This document shows, piece after piece, positions 1-9,507 of a stretch of 64,000 nt of DNA. Source of the DNA: an uncultured Candidatus Saccharibacteria bacterium (GTDB taxonomy: Bacteria; Patescibacteriota; Minisyncoccia; Phycocordibacterales; PALSA-1337); contig CAZYBH010000004.1 in NCBI GenBank assembly GCA_964645315.1, positions 853 through 64,852 of the forward strand. Direction: 5' to 3'. The notes under the pieces were generated by a model, which was not told the origin of the DNA, made no database searches, and saw only the letters and a program-made list of their open reading frames with translations. Made by a program: the position numbers and the translations under genes. How positions within the stretch are numbered: the first letter of the stretch is position 1; each line of letters starts with the position of its first letter.

Positions 1-112
1 CGTACCGCGGGGCCGGAGCCCCGCCCCCGACCGTGGCCACATAGGTGCTGGAGCAACCAGCACCCACAATGGCCAGCCAGGCCAGAGAAATCAAACCAAA
101 AATCATTTTCAT
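1..112 (-). CDS. Putative small lipoprotein, truncated by window edge (MKMIFGLISLAWLAIVGAGCSSTYVATVGGGAPAPRY...)
   Basis: Hand-translated; not in ORF track. Hydrophobic signal plus lipobox-like GAG|C, purine-rich RBS (GGAAAGGA) and upstream TTGACA-16-TATAAT promoter on minus strand. Confidence 0.6.
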   Translation of the reverse strand, partial: MKMIFGLISLAWLAIVGAGCSSTYVATVGGGAPAPRY

Positions 113-275
113 TTCAACGTTCCTTTCCCTAATATTATATCATATTAAAGCATATTGTCAAGCACACAACAAATGAGAGAGCTTGGTCGATATTTCTATT
201 GATATTAGGTCTAATACTTCTCAACTAGGACATTATTTACATATTAAAATTGATCTTAAATTAGATTATTTTTGC

Positions 276-299
276 AACAAAAATGCGGGAAATCCCGCA
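276..299 (-). terminator. Intrinsic terminator after 45-aa ORF
   Basis: TGCGGGA/TCCCGCA hairpin followed by TTTTTGTT on minus strand. Confidence 0.65.
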
Positions 300-333
300 C
301 TTTGCGCGTATCTTTGATGGGAGTTGTGTGCCG

Positions 334-471
334 TTACGTCGAGGGAATAGGAACACAACTTGCAATGATAACGGCCAGAACCAAGAAGGTCACGACCGAT
401 CCGATAACAACCTTGATGCGATCACGAAGAACACCACAACTGATTCCGTACTCATCGTTTTTGACGCTCAT
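334..471 (-). CDS. 45-aa single-TM small protein (MSVKNDEYGISCGVLRDRIKVVIGSVVTFLVLAVIIASCVPIPST)
   Basis: Hand-translated; strong SD GGAGG just upstream, TTGCAT-16-TAATCT promoter, downstream terminator, one hydrophobic helix. Confidence 0.65.
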   Translation of the reverse strand: MSVKNDEYGISCGVLRDRIKVVIGSVVTFLVLAVIIASCVPIPST

Positions 472-564
472 ATTTCCTCCTGCAGATAGATTAGCAAAAT
501 CACTTTTTTATGCAAGATTTATAGTCGCTAGGTATAACCTCACAATTTTTGTATAATATAACAA

Positions 565-2238
565 ATGACAATCATATTTGATGAAGATAAACAAAAAAGA
601 AAACTAAATGATCTTTTGCACAAAGAGGAAGAGGAGCTTGTAAGCATACTGGCAAACAAATTTGGTCTTGAATACACAAACCTCATCACTACACCCATAA
701 ACGCTGATGCAATAAAACTCATAAACGAACAAAAAGCTCGCGATGCTCAAGTTGTAGCTTTTGCTCTTATAGATAAGAAAGTGAAGGTTGCAACAAGAAA
801 TCCAGAAAATCCATTACTAAATGAGATTCTTAGCGACCTCAAAAGCGCCGGTTACTATCCGGAGCTTTTCATGACCTCGACCGAAAGCCTGACAAAAGCT
901 TGGCAGACTTACAAAGATCTTTCATTTGCTTACGAAAGCAAATCTGGGTCATTGGAAATTTCAAATGAAGAGATAAACCGCATAATAAGCGAACAAAAAA
1001 GTCTTCCCCAAATAATATCAACACTAGAAAGTTTACTCGGATCAAAGATGAGCTATAGGATATCGAGAATATTGGAGACTACTATAGCCGGAGCTTTGGC
1101 TGTCGACGCTTCAGATATTCACTTCGAACCAGAGGAAAAGTACTGTCTTTTGAGATACAGATTGGATGGAGTACTTCACGATATTATCCATTTTGATAAT
1201 GAAACCTATGCCCTTCTCATTTCCCGTATCAAGTTGATTTCTGGCATGAAATTAAATATCAAAAAAGAAAATCAAGATGGCCGATTTAGTATTCGTTTGC
1301 CGATCGGTGATGTAGAGGTCCGTTCTTCTATTTTGCCAGGAGCATACAATGAGTCGATCGTCCTTAGACTTCTCAATCCAAAATCAATCGACGTCCCACT
1401 CGAAAATCTAGGCATTCATCCGAAGTTACTTGCTATCATACAAAAGTCTATTGATATGCCAGACAAAATGATATTGACCACTGGCCCGACCGGATCCGGC
1501 AAAACCACAACACTTTATGCTATTTTGAAAAAAATAAAATCTCCTGATTTGAAAATCATTACTCTAGAAGATCCGATCGAATACCATCTCGAGGGTATAG
1601 TCCAAACCCAGGTCAATGACAAAGGCTACAATTTTGCTGAAGGTTTGAGAGCTACCGTCAGACAAGATCCGGATGTTATTATGATTGGAGAAATAAGAGA
1701 CAGCGATACGGCAAATATTGCGGTCAATTCCGCCCTAACTGGACACTTGGTCTTCTCTACCCTACACACAAATGATGCGGCAGGCACATATCCAAGACTT
1801 ATCGATCTTGGCGTAAATTCAAAAGTTCTTACATCAGCAATCAGAATTGCCATGGCCCAAAGGTTGGCTCGTAAACTCTGCAATAATTGCAAAAAAGAAA
1901 TTGCAGTAGAAGGTCAAATAAAAACTTCTATTGATACAATATTGAATGAAATTGAAGATAAAACTCTAATTCCAAAAGACTATTCCAAAATATACGAAGC
2001 GACAGGTTGTGATCAGTGCAATAACACAGGATACAAAGGAAGAATTGGTATTTACGAAGCAATACTTACCGATCAAAATATCGAAAAAGTCGTAGAGATG
2101 AATCCAAGCGAAAGAGAGATTTGGCAAGCGGCCAAGGGTCAGGGATTATTGACCATGAAGCAAGATGGCATACTCAAGGTTTTGGGTGGTATCACCTCCA
2201 TACTAGAGCTAGAAAGAGTCATTGCCCTTACGGATTAG
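565..2238 (+). CDS. pilB: Type IV pilus/T2SS assembly ATPase PilB/GspE family
   Basis: ASDIHFEP, Walker A GPTGSGKTT, RQDPDVIMIGEIRD, His box TGHLVFSTLHTN, CxxC...CxxC zinc motif. Confidence 0.92.
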   Translation: MTIIFDEDKQKRKLNDLLHKEEEELVSILANKFGLEYTNLITTPINADAIKLINEQKARDAQVVAFALIDKKVKVATRNPENPLLNEILSDLKSAGYYPELFMTSTESLTKAWQTYKDLSFAYESKSGSLEISNEEINRIISEQKSLPQIISTLESLLGSKMSYRISRILETTIAGALAVDASDIHFEPEEKYCLLRYRLDGVLHDIIHFDNETYALLISRIKLISGMKLNIKKENQDGRFSIRLPIGDVEVRSSILPGAYNESIVLRLLNPKSIDVPLENLGIHPKLLAIIQKSIDMPDKMILTTGPTGSGKTTTLYAILKKIKSPDLKIITLEDPIEYHLEGIVQTQVNDKGYNFAEGLRATVRQDPDVIMIGEIRDSDTANIAVNSALTGHLVFSTLHTNDAAGTYPRLIDLGVNSKVLTSAIRIAMAQRLARKLCNNCKKEIAVEGQIKTSIDTILNEIEDKTLIPKDYSKIYEATGCDQCNNTGYKGRIGIYEAILTDQNIEKVVEMNPSEREIWQAAKGQGLLTMKQDGILKVLGGITSILELERVIALTD

Positions 2239-2386
2239 TTGTGTTTTTATTTAACTTTTTTAGTCCAAATTAGATTTATCCACCGTGTCAATTGATTTTT
2301 TGCTGTGGACAAGGTTAGGATGATTTCAGACGAGAAATTAAGGAGACTTGAAGATCTTCAAATTTAAATACTATTGAGGATCAACG

Positions 2387-2549
2387 TCGAGAACGTAAAT
2401 CTCTAAGCAATATCATATCGCGTGATGCGGTATGCGAGGCATAGTCCCGAGGATAATGCCAGTACGCAATGACAAGCATTGCAACCAATATGTCCTTAGC
2501 ACTATGCCCAAACCTCGGAAGGCCATTGCTTAGAGGTTTACAGTCTCGA
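2387..2549 (+). ncRNA. Structured ~165-nt RNA with rod/4-way fold, 6S RNA-like candidate
   Basis: Terminal arms TCGAGAacGTAAATCTCTAAGCAAT / ATTGCTTAGAGGTTTACagTCTCGA pair; inner helices GGCATAGT/ACTATGCC, GAGGATA/TGTCCTT, GCAATG/CATTGC; G-U wobbles work on + strand. Confidence 0.65.
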
Positions 2550-2644
2550 ATTCAAAAAGGCACAAAAAATAAAACTCAATGAGTCTTTTTATTACAAAAT
2601 GTCATCAAACTGATACACCAGTATACTAGCATACAGCATCACAA

Positions 2645-3652
2645 ATGTCAAGGACTAATAACAATCCAAATAATGTCGAGAAGGAGGCGGGATTTCTAGA
2701 TCAAACCTTGCGACCTTATAGCTGGAGCGAATACATTGGTCAAAAAAACATAAAAGACAATCTTCACATCCTTCTTACCGCTGCAAAAGAACGCAATCAC
2801 CCACCAGAACATATACTTTTTTATGGTCCTCCTGGACTAGGCAAGACTACCCTAGCCCACCTCATAGCAAAAGAGACCGGCGCTCAAATGAAGGTTACTT
2901 CTGGTCCAGCAATACTCAAAGTTGGCGACCTCGCTTCTGTCCTAACAAACCTTTCCGCTGGCGATATTTTATTTATCGATGAAATTCACAGATTAAATAA
3001 GGCCATAGAGGAAGTCCTCTATCCAGCAATGGAAAGTGGCAAATTGGACATAATCATAGGCAAAGGACCTTCTGCAAGGACCATCCAACTCGACTTGCCA
3101 CCTTTCACTCTTATCGCAGCCACCACCCGGATAGCGATGATTTCTGCCCCGCTTCGCTCGAGGTTTTCTGGTGGTGTTTTCAAATTGGAATTTTATACAA
3201 ATGATGAAATAAGTGAGATTATCAAACGCTCATCGAAGATTTTGGATATCGGTATAGAGCCAGAAGCTATAAGAGAGATCGCTATACGCTCACGCTTTAC
3301 ACCTCGCACAGCAAACTATCATCTCAAACGCTGTCGAGATTTCGCTCAGATAAACAAATCGTCTCTGACAAAAAATATTGTAGAGAAGGCTTTGTCTATG
3401 CTTGGTGTAGACAATATTGGTCTAAACAATGCCGATAGAGAAATTATCAAAACCGTTATAGACAAATTCAATGGTGGTCCTGTAGGTCTAAATACCATAG
3501 CCGCTGCCCTATCAGAAGAACAAGCTACTATCGAAGAAGTTTATGAACCATATCTTATCCAGATGGGTTTATTGGAAAGAACCCCAAGAGGCAGGATCGT
3601 AACAGACAAAGGCTACAAACATCTCGGTATGATCAATGATCGATTGCTCTAA
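2645..3652 (+). CDS. ruvB: Holliday junction branch migration helicase RuvB
   Basis: LRP..YIGQ, GPPGLGKTTLA, FIDEIHRL, YEPYL..RTPRGR. Confidence 0.97.
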   Translation: MSRTNNNPNNVEKEAGFLDQTLRPYSWSEYIGQKNIKDNLHILLTAAKERNHPPEHILFYGPPGLGKTTLAHLIAKETGAQMKVTSGPAILKVGDLASVLTNLSAGDILFIDEIHRLNKAIEEVLYPAMESGKLDIIIGKGPSARTIQLDLPPFTLIAATTRIAMISAPLRSRFSGGVFKLEFYTNDEISEIIKRSSKILDIGIEPEAIREIAIRSRFTPRTANYHLKRCRDFAQINKSSLTKNIVEKALSMLGVDNIGLNNADREIIKTVIDKFNGGPVGLNTIAAALSEEQATIEEVYEPYLIQMGLLERTPRGRIVTDKGYKHLGMINDRLL

Positions 3653-3739
3653 TTTTTAAAAAACTAACTATTACTTATCTATAGACTAAATTGCTGCTTT
3701 ATAGTATTAATTTGACGGACTTTGATTAGTTGTACTATC

Positions 3740-3770
3740 AAAACAAAAAGCGCCCCCCACAGGCGACGCT
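3740..3770 (-). terminator. Intrinsic terminator
   Basis: AGCGTCGCC-TGTG-GGGGGCGCT followed by TTTTGTTTT on minus strand. Confidence 0.7.
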
Positions 3771-3975
3771 GATAATTTTTTCGCTAGGTTTTTTCCTAGT
3801 GATCCTTTATTTGCTCCTTTGGATCTCCCAATTTATATTCCGCTTGCGTCTTACTTCGCAAACAAGCGGTCGTACTTGGTGGATCTTAATGATCCCGTTC
3901 CGAGAGAATACTTTCGTATTCTTCCTCGGTCACCCAAGTACCATCAGGAAGCAAACGGCGCTTCATGGTACTTGA
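3740..3975 (-). ncRNA. Structured ~230-nt transcript containing a possible 26-aa ORF (3886-3966)
   Basis: TTGACA-16-TATAAT promoter with TGn extension (-10 at 3983-3978); multiple hairpins incl. AGAAUAC-GAAA-GUAUUCU; terminator at 3740-3770. Confidence 0.55.
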
Positions 3976-4112
3976 ATATTATACCATATTATAATCCTAT
4001 GTCAAGTACCAAGAAATGCCCCTAAAAATATAGAAAACGGAGACATAAAATGCTAGAGTAAGAGTAATTAATAAACAGATTTAATGTTTTAGATTTTAAA
4101 TTTAAGATTTAT

Positions 4113-4643
4113 ATGGCTGGACACAATAAATATTCAAAAATAAAGCATATCAAAGCCAAGAATGATGCCCAAAAGAGCAAACAATTCGGCAAATTGGTGA
4201 GATTGATAACCGTAGAAGCAAAAGCTGCAAAAGGTAATGTGGCATCACCGGGACTTGCAAATGCCATCGAAAAAGCTCGCAAAGAAAATATGCCAAATGA
4301 CACTATAGATCGAGCGATCAAAAAGGCAATTACCGACAATAGTGCATCCATGGAAAGTGTAGTATATGAGACTTATGGACCAGGAGGAGTAGCAATCCTT
4401 ATTTCCGCCCTCACCGACAATCGCAACAAAACCGCCCAGGAGATCAAGCATATCTTATCCCTAAATGGTTTCGAATTGGCTTCTCCAGGAAGTGCATCAT
4501 GGGCTTTCGAAAAAGACCACAATGGTTACAAAGCTACTTCTACCCTACCACTCGAGGACAATGATATAGAAATTCTTACAAAACTTGTAGAGGACTTAGA
4601 AAATAACGATGATGTCCAAGAAGTCTTCACCAATGCCGAATAA
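4113..4643 (+). CDS. yebC: YebC/PmpR family regulator (short form)
   Basis: MAGHNKYSKIKHIK, NMPNDTIDRAIKKA, YETYGPGGVA, TDNRNKT, DDVQEVFTN; typical ruvC neighbour. Confidence 0.93.
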   Translation: MAGHNKYSKIKHIKAKNDAQKSKQFGKLVRLITVEAKAAKGNVASPGLANAIEKARKENMPNDTIDRAIKKAITDNSASMESVVYETYGPGGVAILISALTDNRNKTAQEIKHILSLNGFELASPGSASWAFEKDHNGYKATSTLPLEDNDIEILTKLVEDLENNDDVQEVFTNAE

Positions 4644-5124
4644 AGACAATGTGCGAGTCATAGGTATCGACCCTGGTTACGGTCGTTTGGGTATTTGTAT
4701 TGTAGAAAAAGGACTAAATAAAAAAGAAGAGGTTATATACTCAAATTGTATTGAAACGGGAGCTTCAGAAGATATTTATTCTCGATTTTTGGATATAGGT
4801 AAAGCTGTAGGAAAAGTAATAGATCAATTCAAGCCAAGTGAAATGGCTTTGGAATCACTTTTTATTTCAAAAAATAAAAAAACGGCTATGAGAGTGGCTG
4901 AAGTAAGAGGTATTGTTATATTTCAAGGCTTATCAAAAGATCTTACTATACACGAATACACTCCCCTTCAAATAAAGATGGCAATAACAGGTGACGGCAC
5001 AAGCGACAAAAGCAGAATAATAAAAATGATCCATTTACTGACAAAAATTACCAAAAAAATAAAACTAGATGATGAATACGATGCAATTGCAGTAGCTTTG
5101 ACACATTTTGCAAGAAAAAGATAA
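4633..5124 (+). CDS. ruvC: Holliday junction resolvase RuvC
   Basis: IGIDPG, AEVRG, EYTPLQIKMAITGDG, DDEYDAIAVA; start moved to ATG 4633 overlapping the yebC end. Confidence 0.93.
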   Translation: MPNKDNVRVIGIDPGYGRLGICIVEKGLNKKEEVIYSNCIETGASEDIYSRFLDIGKAVGKVIDQFKPSEMALESLFISKNKKTAMRVAEVRGIVIFQGLSKDLTIHEYTPLQIKMAITGDGTSDKSRIIKMIHLLTKITKKIKLDDEYDAIAVALTHFARKR

Positions 5125-5266
5125 ATGATCGGGTGATTAAATCTTTGATATTATTTTGCATAATTTTTTATTATTAATTTTTAAAATTTAATTTTGAAAC
5201 TTATCAACATTTATTAACTCTTGCAAAAAAGATAGGATTTGATAAAAGTATTGCATTATTTGTTTA

Positions 5267-5590
5267 ATGAAAAATGAGATGGCTCCTAAGAAAAAAATAA
5301 TCAAAAGCAAGGCAAAAAAGGTAAAAGGTAAAGAAGAAGAACCAAAAGAAACCGAAAACGAAGCAGAATTGGAGGATGAAGAAGAATCAGAAGACGAAGA
5401 TATAGTCCCAGCCGGACCAAAAGCCAAGAAATCCCCTATTGATATCGAGTCTGTACTTGAGCCAGCGCCTATCATTGACGAAAAAGAAGATGATGTTCCA
5501 GTAGCAGGAGATGATGATGAATTGAACACTGAGGATCTAACTTTGGACGATGACGATCTAAATCCATTTGGTGATAAGTGGGAGCAGTAG
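5267..5590 (+). CDS. Small disordered protein, basic N-terminus and acidic C-terminus
   Basis: Lys-rich start, Asp/Glu-rich body, C-terminal NPFGDKWEQ. Confidence 0.75.
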   Translation: MKNEMAPKKKIIKSKAKKVKGKEEEPKETENEAELEDEEESEDEDIVPAGPKAKKSPIDIESVLEPAPIIDEKEDDVPVAGDDDELNTEDLTLDDDDLNPFGDKWEQ

Positions 5591-5621
5591 CAAAGTACAA
5601 AGTTTGCTACAATATAAATAA

Positions 5622-8144
5622 ATGATCTCTAGAAAAAAGGTAAGGTTACATCATATCAAGTCAGGAATATTACTGATCGCCTCTTTTGTTTTGATTTTTA
5701 TTGGACTTTTTTCATTGTGGCTTGCAACACTCAAAATCCCAGACCTTAGTTCATTCCAAAATCGCAAGGTGGTCGAATCGACAAAAATCTATGATCGAAC
5801 TGGCGAAGTCTTGCTCTACGATACAGGATCTAAGACCAAATCTACTTCGGTGCCACTTACCCAGATTTCTCCTTATATCCAAAAAGGCACAATAGCCATA
5901 GAAGATGCAAATTTTTATAATAATGTCGGAGTAGAACCAACTTCCATTATCCGTGCTGTTATTGCAAACTTTCTGACCGCAAACTATAGCCAAGGCGCAT
6001 CGACCATCACTCAGCAGGTCATAAAAAATTCTCTTTTGACCACAGACAAAACCTTTACCCGAAAGATAAAGGAGGCGATTTTGGCAATAAAGCTTACTCG
6101 AACAATGAGTAAAGATCAGATTTTGGAAGTTTATCTCAATGAATCACCTTATGGTGGTACGATTTACGGAGTCGAACAGGCTAGTCAGACATTTTTCGGC
6201 AGGCCGGCAAAAGAAGTTTCCTTGGCTCAAGCAGCATATATAGCCGCTATACCAAAAGCTCCGACTTATTATTCTCCTTATGGTACACACAGAGAAGCTC
6301 TTGATGCTCGCCAAAAAGCTGTTCTCCAAAAAATGCTTTCTCTTGGCATGATTACAAAAGATGATTACAAAAAAGCAATTGACGAAAAGGTTCAATTTTT
6401 GGCCAAAAATTCCGAAAATATCCGTGCTCCCCACTTCGTCATGTATGTTCGCGACTATCTTGTCCAAAAATATGGCGAGGATGCTGTCACGAGTGGCGGA
6501 CTAAGGGTCAAAACCACACTTGATTATGGTATGCAACAAAAAGCTGAGGATGTAATAGAAAAATTCGCTCCTACTATTGCCGAAACATACAATGCAAACA
6601 ATGCCGGTATGATCGCTATAGACCCAAAATCTGGAGATATTTTGACTATGGTTGGTTCAAAAGACTATTTTAGTAGGACGATCGAAGGAAATTTCAATGT
6701 AACTCTAGCAAAGAGACAACCAGGATCAACTTTCAAACCTTTTGTCTACGCTACCCTATTCAAAAAAGGCTATACACCAGAAACTGTTCTCTATGACTAT
6801 CAAATGGAATTTTCTCAATATTGTAATCCAGACGGAACTCCGAAAAATAGTAGTGATGATCCACAAAAAGTCTGTTACTCACCTCAAGAATTCGACAAAA
6901 TCTATACTGGACCAATGACAATACGCCAAGCCTTGGCTCAATCTAGAAATATTCCGGCAGTTCAAGGTTTGTATTTGGCTGGTATGAGAGATTCTTTGCA
7001 GACTGCTGAAGATTTGGGTATTACAACCCTTGATGATCCAAATCGCTATGGCCTAACTCTTGTTTTGGGTGGAGGAGAAGTAAGTCCTCTAGAAATCACT
7101 AGCGCATATGGAGTATTTGCAAATGATGGAATAAGAAACCCAACCAGATCAGTACTAGAAGTCAAAGATAGTAAAGGTAATGTTTTAGAACAGTCTACAC
7201 TGACACCATTCAAAGCTCTGGAACCAGATGTGGCGAGACAAATTACAAGTATACTATCCGACAATACAGTAAGAATGGCCAGCCTAAAACCTATTACAGA
7301 TGCAATAGGTCGCAAAGTAGCAATGAAGACAGGTACAACAAACGATTTTAGAGATGTTTGGGCTATAGGCTACACACCAAGTCTTGTAGTCGGTGCTTGG
7401 GCCGGAAACAATGACAATAGTCCTATGAGCCAAAACATTGCCGGCCTCATTATCTCACCGCTTTGGGGAGCTTATATGAGCCAGGTTGCCAAGAATTTCC
7501 CTCCAGAGGACTTCCCTCTCGCCCCTACACCAAAGACCGATACAAAGCCTGTTATGCGCGGAATCTGGCAAGGCGGACTTTCTTATAGGATTGATACCGT
7601 ATCAGGCAAACTTGCTACCGAATATACTCCAAAAGAAACAACAAAAGAAAATGTTTTCAATAGTATTCATTCAATTTTGCACTGGGTAGATAAGAGTGAT
7701 CCGAACGGGCCTATTCCTACAAATCCATCACAAGATCCTCAATATGACCATTGGGAATATGCTGTGAGAAAATGGTTTGATCAATGGAAAACTGTTCATC
7801 CAGAATTCAAAGAATCCACGGATATCCGAATACCAACAGAAAAAGATGATGTCCATGTACCAGAAAAGGCACCCAAGGTAAGCATTATATCTCCAGCAAA
7901 CGGCTTGATAGTTAATCCAAATAACACTCTATTCGTAAAGATTCAATCAATGGGTAATTTCCCTGCAAAAAAGACTGAATTATACTTAAATGGTAAATAT
8001 ATTTTGACCAATGAAACTTCGCCTACAGATATATCATTTATCCCTGCGGATGTCGGCGATTTACAAAGCATAAACACAATAAAAGTTAAACTATTTGACT
8101 CGGTCTACAATAGCAGCGAGGCTAGTGTACAATTTGGAATATAA
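5622..8144 (+). CDS. Bifunctional class A penicillin-binding protein (PBP1A family) with C-terminal Ig-like domain
   Basis: TM anchor; transglycosylase motifs EDANFY, GASTITQQ, RKIKE; transpeptidase motifs STFK, SRN, KTGT. Confidence 0.95.
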   Translation: MISRKKVRLHHIKSGILLIASFVLIFIGLFSLWLATLKIPDLSSFQNRKVVESTKIYDRTGEVLLYDTGSKTKSTSVPLTQISPYIQKGTIAIEDANFYNNVGVEPTSIIRAVIANFLTANYSQGASTITQQVIKNSLLTTDKTFTRKIKEAILAIKLTRTMSKDQILEVYLNESPYGGTIYGVEQASQTFFGRPAKEVSLAQAAYIAAIPKAPTYYSPYGTHREALDARQKAVLQKMLSLGMITKDDYKKAIDEKVQFLAKNSENIRAPHFVMYVRDYLVQKYGEDAVTSGGLRVKTTLDYGMQQKAEDVIEKFAPTIAETYNANNAGMIAIDPKSGDILTMVGSKDYFSRTIEGNFNVTLAKRQPGSTFKPFVYATLFKKGYTPETVLYDYQMEFSQYCNPDGTPKNSSDDPQKVCYSPQEFDKIYTGPMTIRQALAQSRNIPAVQGLYLAGMRDSLQTAEDLGITTLDDPNRYGLTLVLGGGEVSPLEITSAYGVFANDGIRNPTRSVLEVKDSKGNVLEQSTLTPFKALEPDVARQITSILSDNTVRMASLKPITDAIGRKVAMKTGTTNDFRDVWAIGYTPSLVVGAWAGNNDNSPMSQNIAGLIISPLWGAYMSQVAKNFPPEDFPLAPTPKTDTKPVMRGIWQGGLSYRIDTVSGKLATEYTPKETTKENVFNSIHSILHWVDKSDPNGPIPTNPSQDPQYDHWEYAVRKWFDQWKTVHPEFKESTDIRIPTEKDDVHVPEKAPKVSIISPANGLIVNPNNTLFVKIQSMGNFPAKKTELYLNGKYILTNETSPTDISFIPADVGDLQSINTIKVKLFDSVYNSSEASVQFGI

Positions 8145-8399
8145 TTATCTTATATCAGTAACATTTAGGCCTTTATCTATAAGTACTTGGACTATTTTGG
8201 GTTTCTTTATAAAAATAGCAGATAAAACTGCTGGACTTTGTCTTTTTATACTTATTACCCCATCACTAACTGATATATCTTCTATTTTTAATTCTATATT
8301 TGTCTGATTCTTGATAGAGTCTTTGATTGCATTTCGTACAAAAAACTCTTTTGCAAAAGTTTTTTGGATATTACTAAAAAATTGCGATAAACCAAACAT
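8145..8399 (-). CDS. Probable DciA (DUF721)-like helicase-loading protein
   Basis: Directly downstream of dnaN; DGVISIKRQSPAVLSAIFIKKPKIVQVL resembles the DciA KH-like core pattern (recalled, not searched). Confidence 0.5.
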   Translation of the reverse strand: MFGLSQFFSNIQKTFAKEFFVRNAIKDSIKNQTNIELKIEDISVSDGVISIKRQSPAVLSAIFIKKPKIVQVLIDKGLNVTDIR

Positions 8400-8400
8400 A

Positions 8401-9507
8401 TTATCTATTCATTGGCATAGCCAAGTACATAAAGGTCTGATCACCTGAAATTGGTCTTATAACCATCGGTCGATTTGTACCAGAGAATTGCATAGTCAAA
8501 CTATCAGAATCGATGGACTGGAAACTATCAGCCACATATTTGTAATTAAAATTGATATCTACAGAATCTCCCGATAATGCCCCATCGACAAGGGTGTTAT
8601 TTTCTCCTATGTCGCTATTTTTTGTTTGAATTTTGAATTGTTTTGCTTTTGGATCTATAGAGAAGCTTATTTTATTGAATTTGTCTGAGAAAATGTTTGA
8701 AACTTTCAAACTTGAAACCAAATCTTGCTTCAAAACAACAACTTCTGTAGAAAAGGTCTTGGGAATAATCTGTCTATAATCTGGGAAAACACCGTCGATC
8801 AATCTGGAAACAAGATAAATCTCACCTGAAGAAAAAGATATTAGGTTCTTATTCAAACAGATTTCTACATTTCCATGGATATTTTCTAAAACCCTGAGTA
8901 TATCTGGGATGTTTTTGAATGGAATGAGAATATCCCCAAAGTCTATATTACCTGTTAGTTTTATTTTCTTTTCTGCGAGACGAAATGAATCTGTAGCAAC
9001 GAAAACCAGGTTTTGACTATCTTTGTAGATATAAACACTAGATAATTCTGGTTTAACACTTGAAATAGATGAGCTATACCAAACTGATTTCAAACCTTTC
9101 AAAAAAGCTTCTGCTGGCAAAGAAAGCTTTTTGCCGTCCAAAACACGAGGAATCGATGGAAAATCATCAAATGCTTGGGTTTTGATTGTTCCCTTTGTTT
9201 TTTGGGTGGATATCAAAAGATTTTGCTCTACATCTTCCAATCGAACAATTTGATCATCTCCAGAAATTTGGGAAATGAAAGAAGATAAGATTGAGGCGGG
9301 TACAGCCAACTGACCATTGCCAGTTGATTTGACTGGCAAAACAATCTCCAAACCAACATCCAAATTTGTAGCCTTGATCGTAGCTGTATTATCTTTTACT
9401 TCAAGAAGGATACAAGAAAGCACTGGTAGGGTCATGTGTTTGCCGGCGACCCTATCCACAATCTGCACAGATTCTTTTAGTTTCTTTAGTGTTAGTTCTA
9501 ATTTCAT
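8401..9507 (-). CDS. dnaN: DNA polymerase III beta clamp
   Basis: LPVLSCILL, ATNLD, VATDSFRLA, SRLIDGVFPDY, terminal MPM; adjacent to dnaA. Confidence 0.97.
   Translation of the reverse strand: MKLELTLKKLKESVQIVDRVAGKHMTLPVLSCILLEVKDNTATIKATNLDVGLEIVLPVKSTGNGQLAVPASILSSFISQISGDDQIVRLEDVEQNLLISTQKTKGTIKTQAFDDFPSIPRVLDGKKLSLPAEAFLKGLKSVWYSSSISSVKPELSSVYIYKDSQNLVFVATDSFRLAEKKIKLTGNIDFGDILIPFKNIPDILRVLENIHGNVEICLNKNLISFSSGEIYLVSRLIDGVFPDYRQIIPKTFSTEVVVLKQDLVSSLKVSNIFSDKFNKISFSIDPKAKQFKIQTKNSDIGENNTLVDGALSGDSVDINFNYKYVADSFQSIDSDSLTMQFSGTNRPMVIRPISGDQTFMYLAMPMNR

Noticed and set aside
272-556. ORF-track + strand ORFs of 94 and 68 aa
   Set aside because: They overlap a better-supported minus-strand gene that has an SD, promoter and terminator
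3730-4025. + strand ORFs of 81 and 68 aa
   Set aside because: TTG starts and no motifs; promoter, terminator and tetraloop polarity favour a minus-strand transcript
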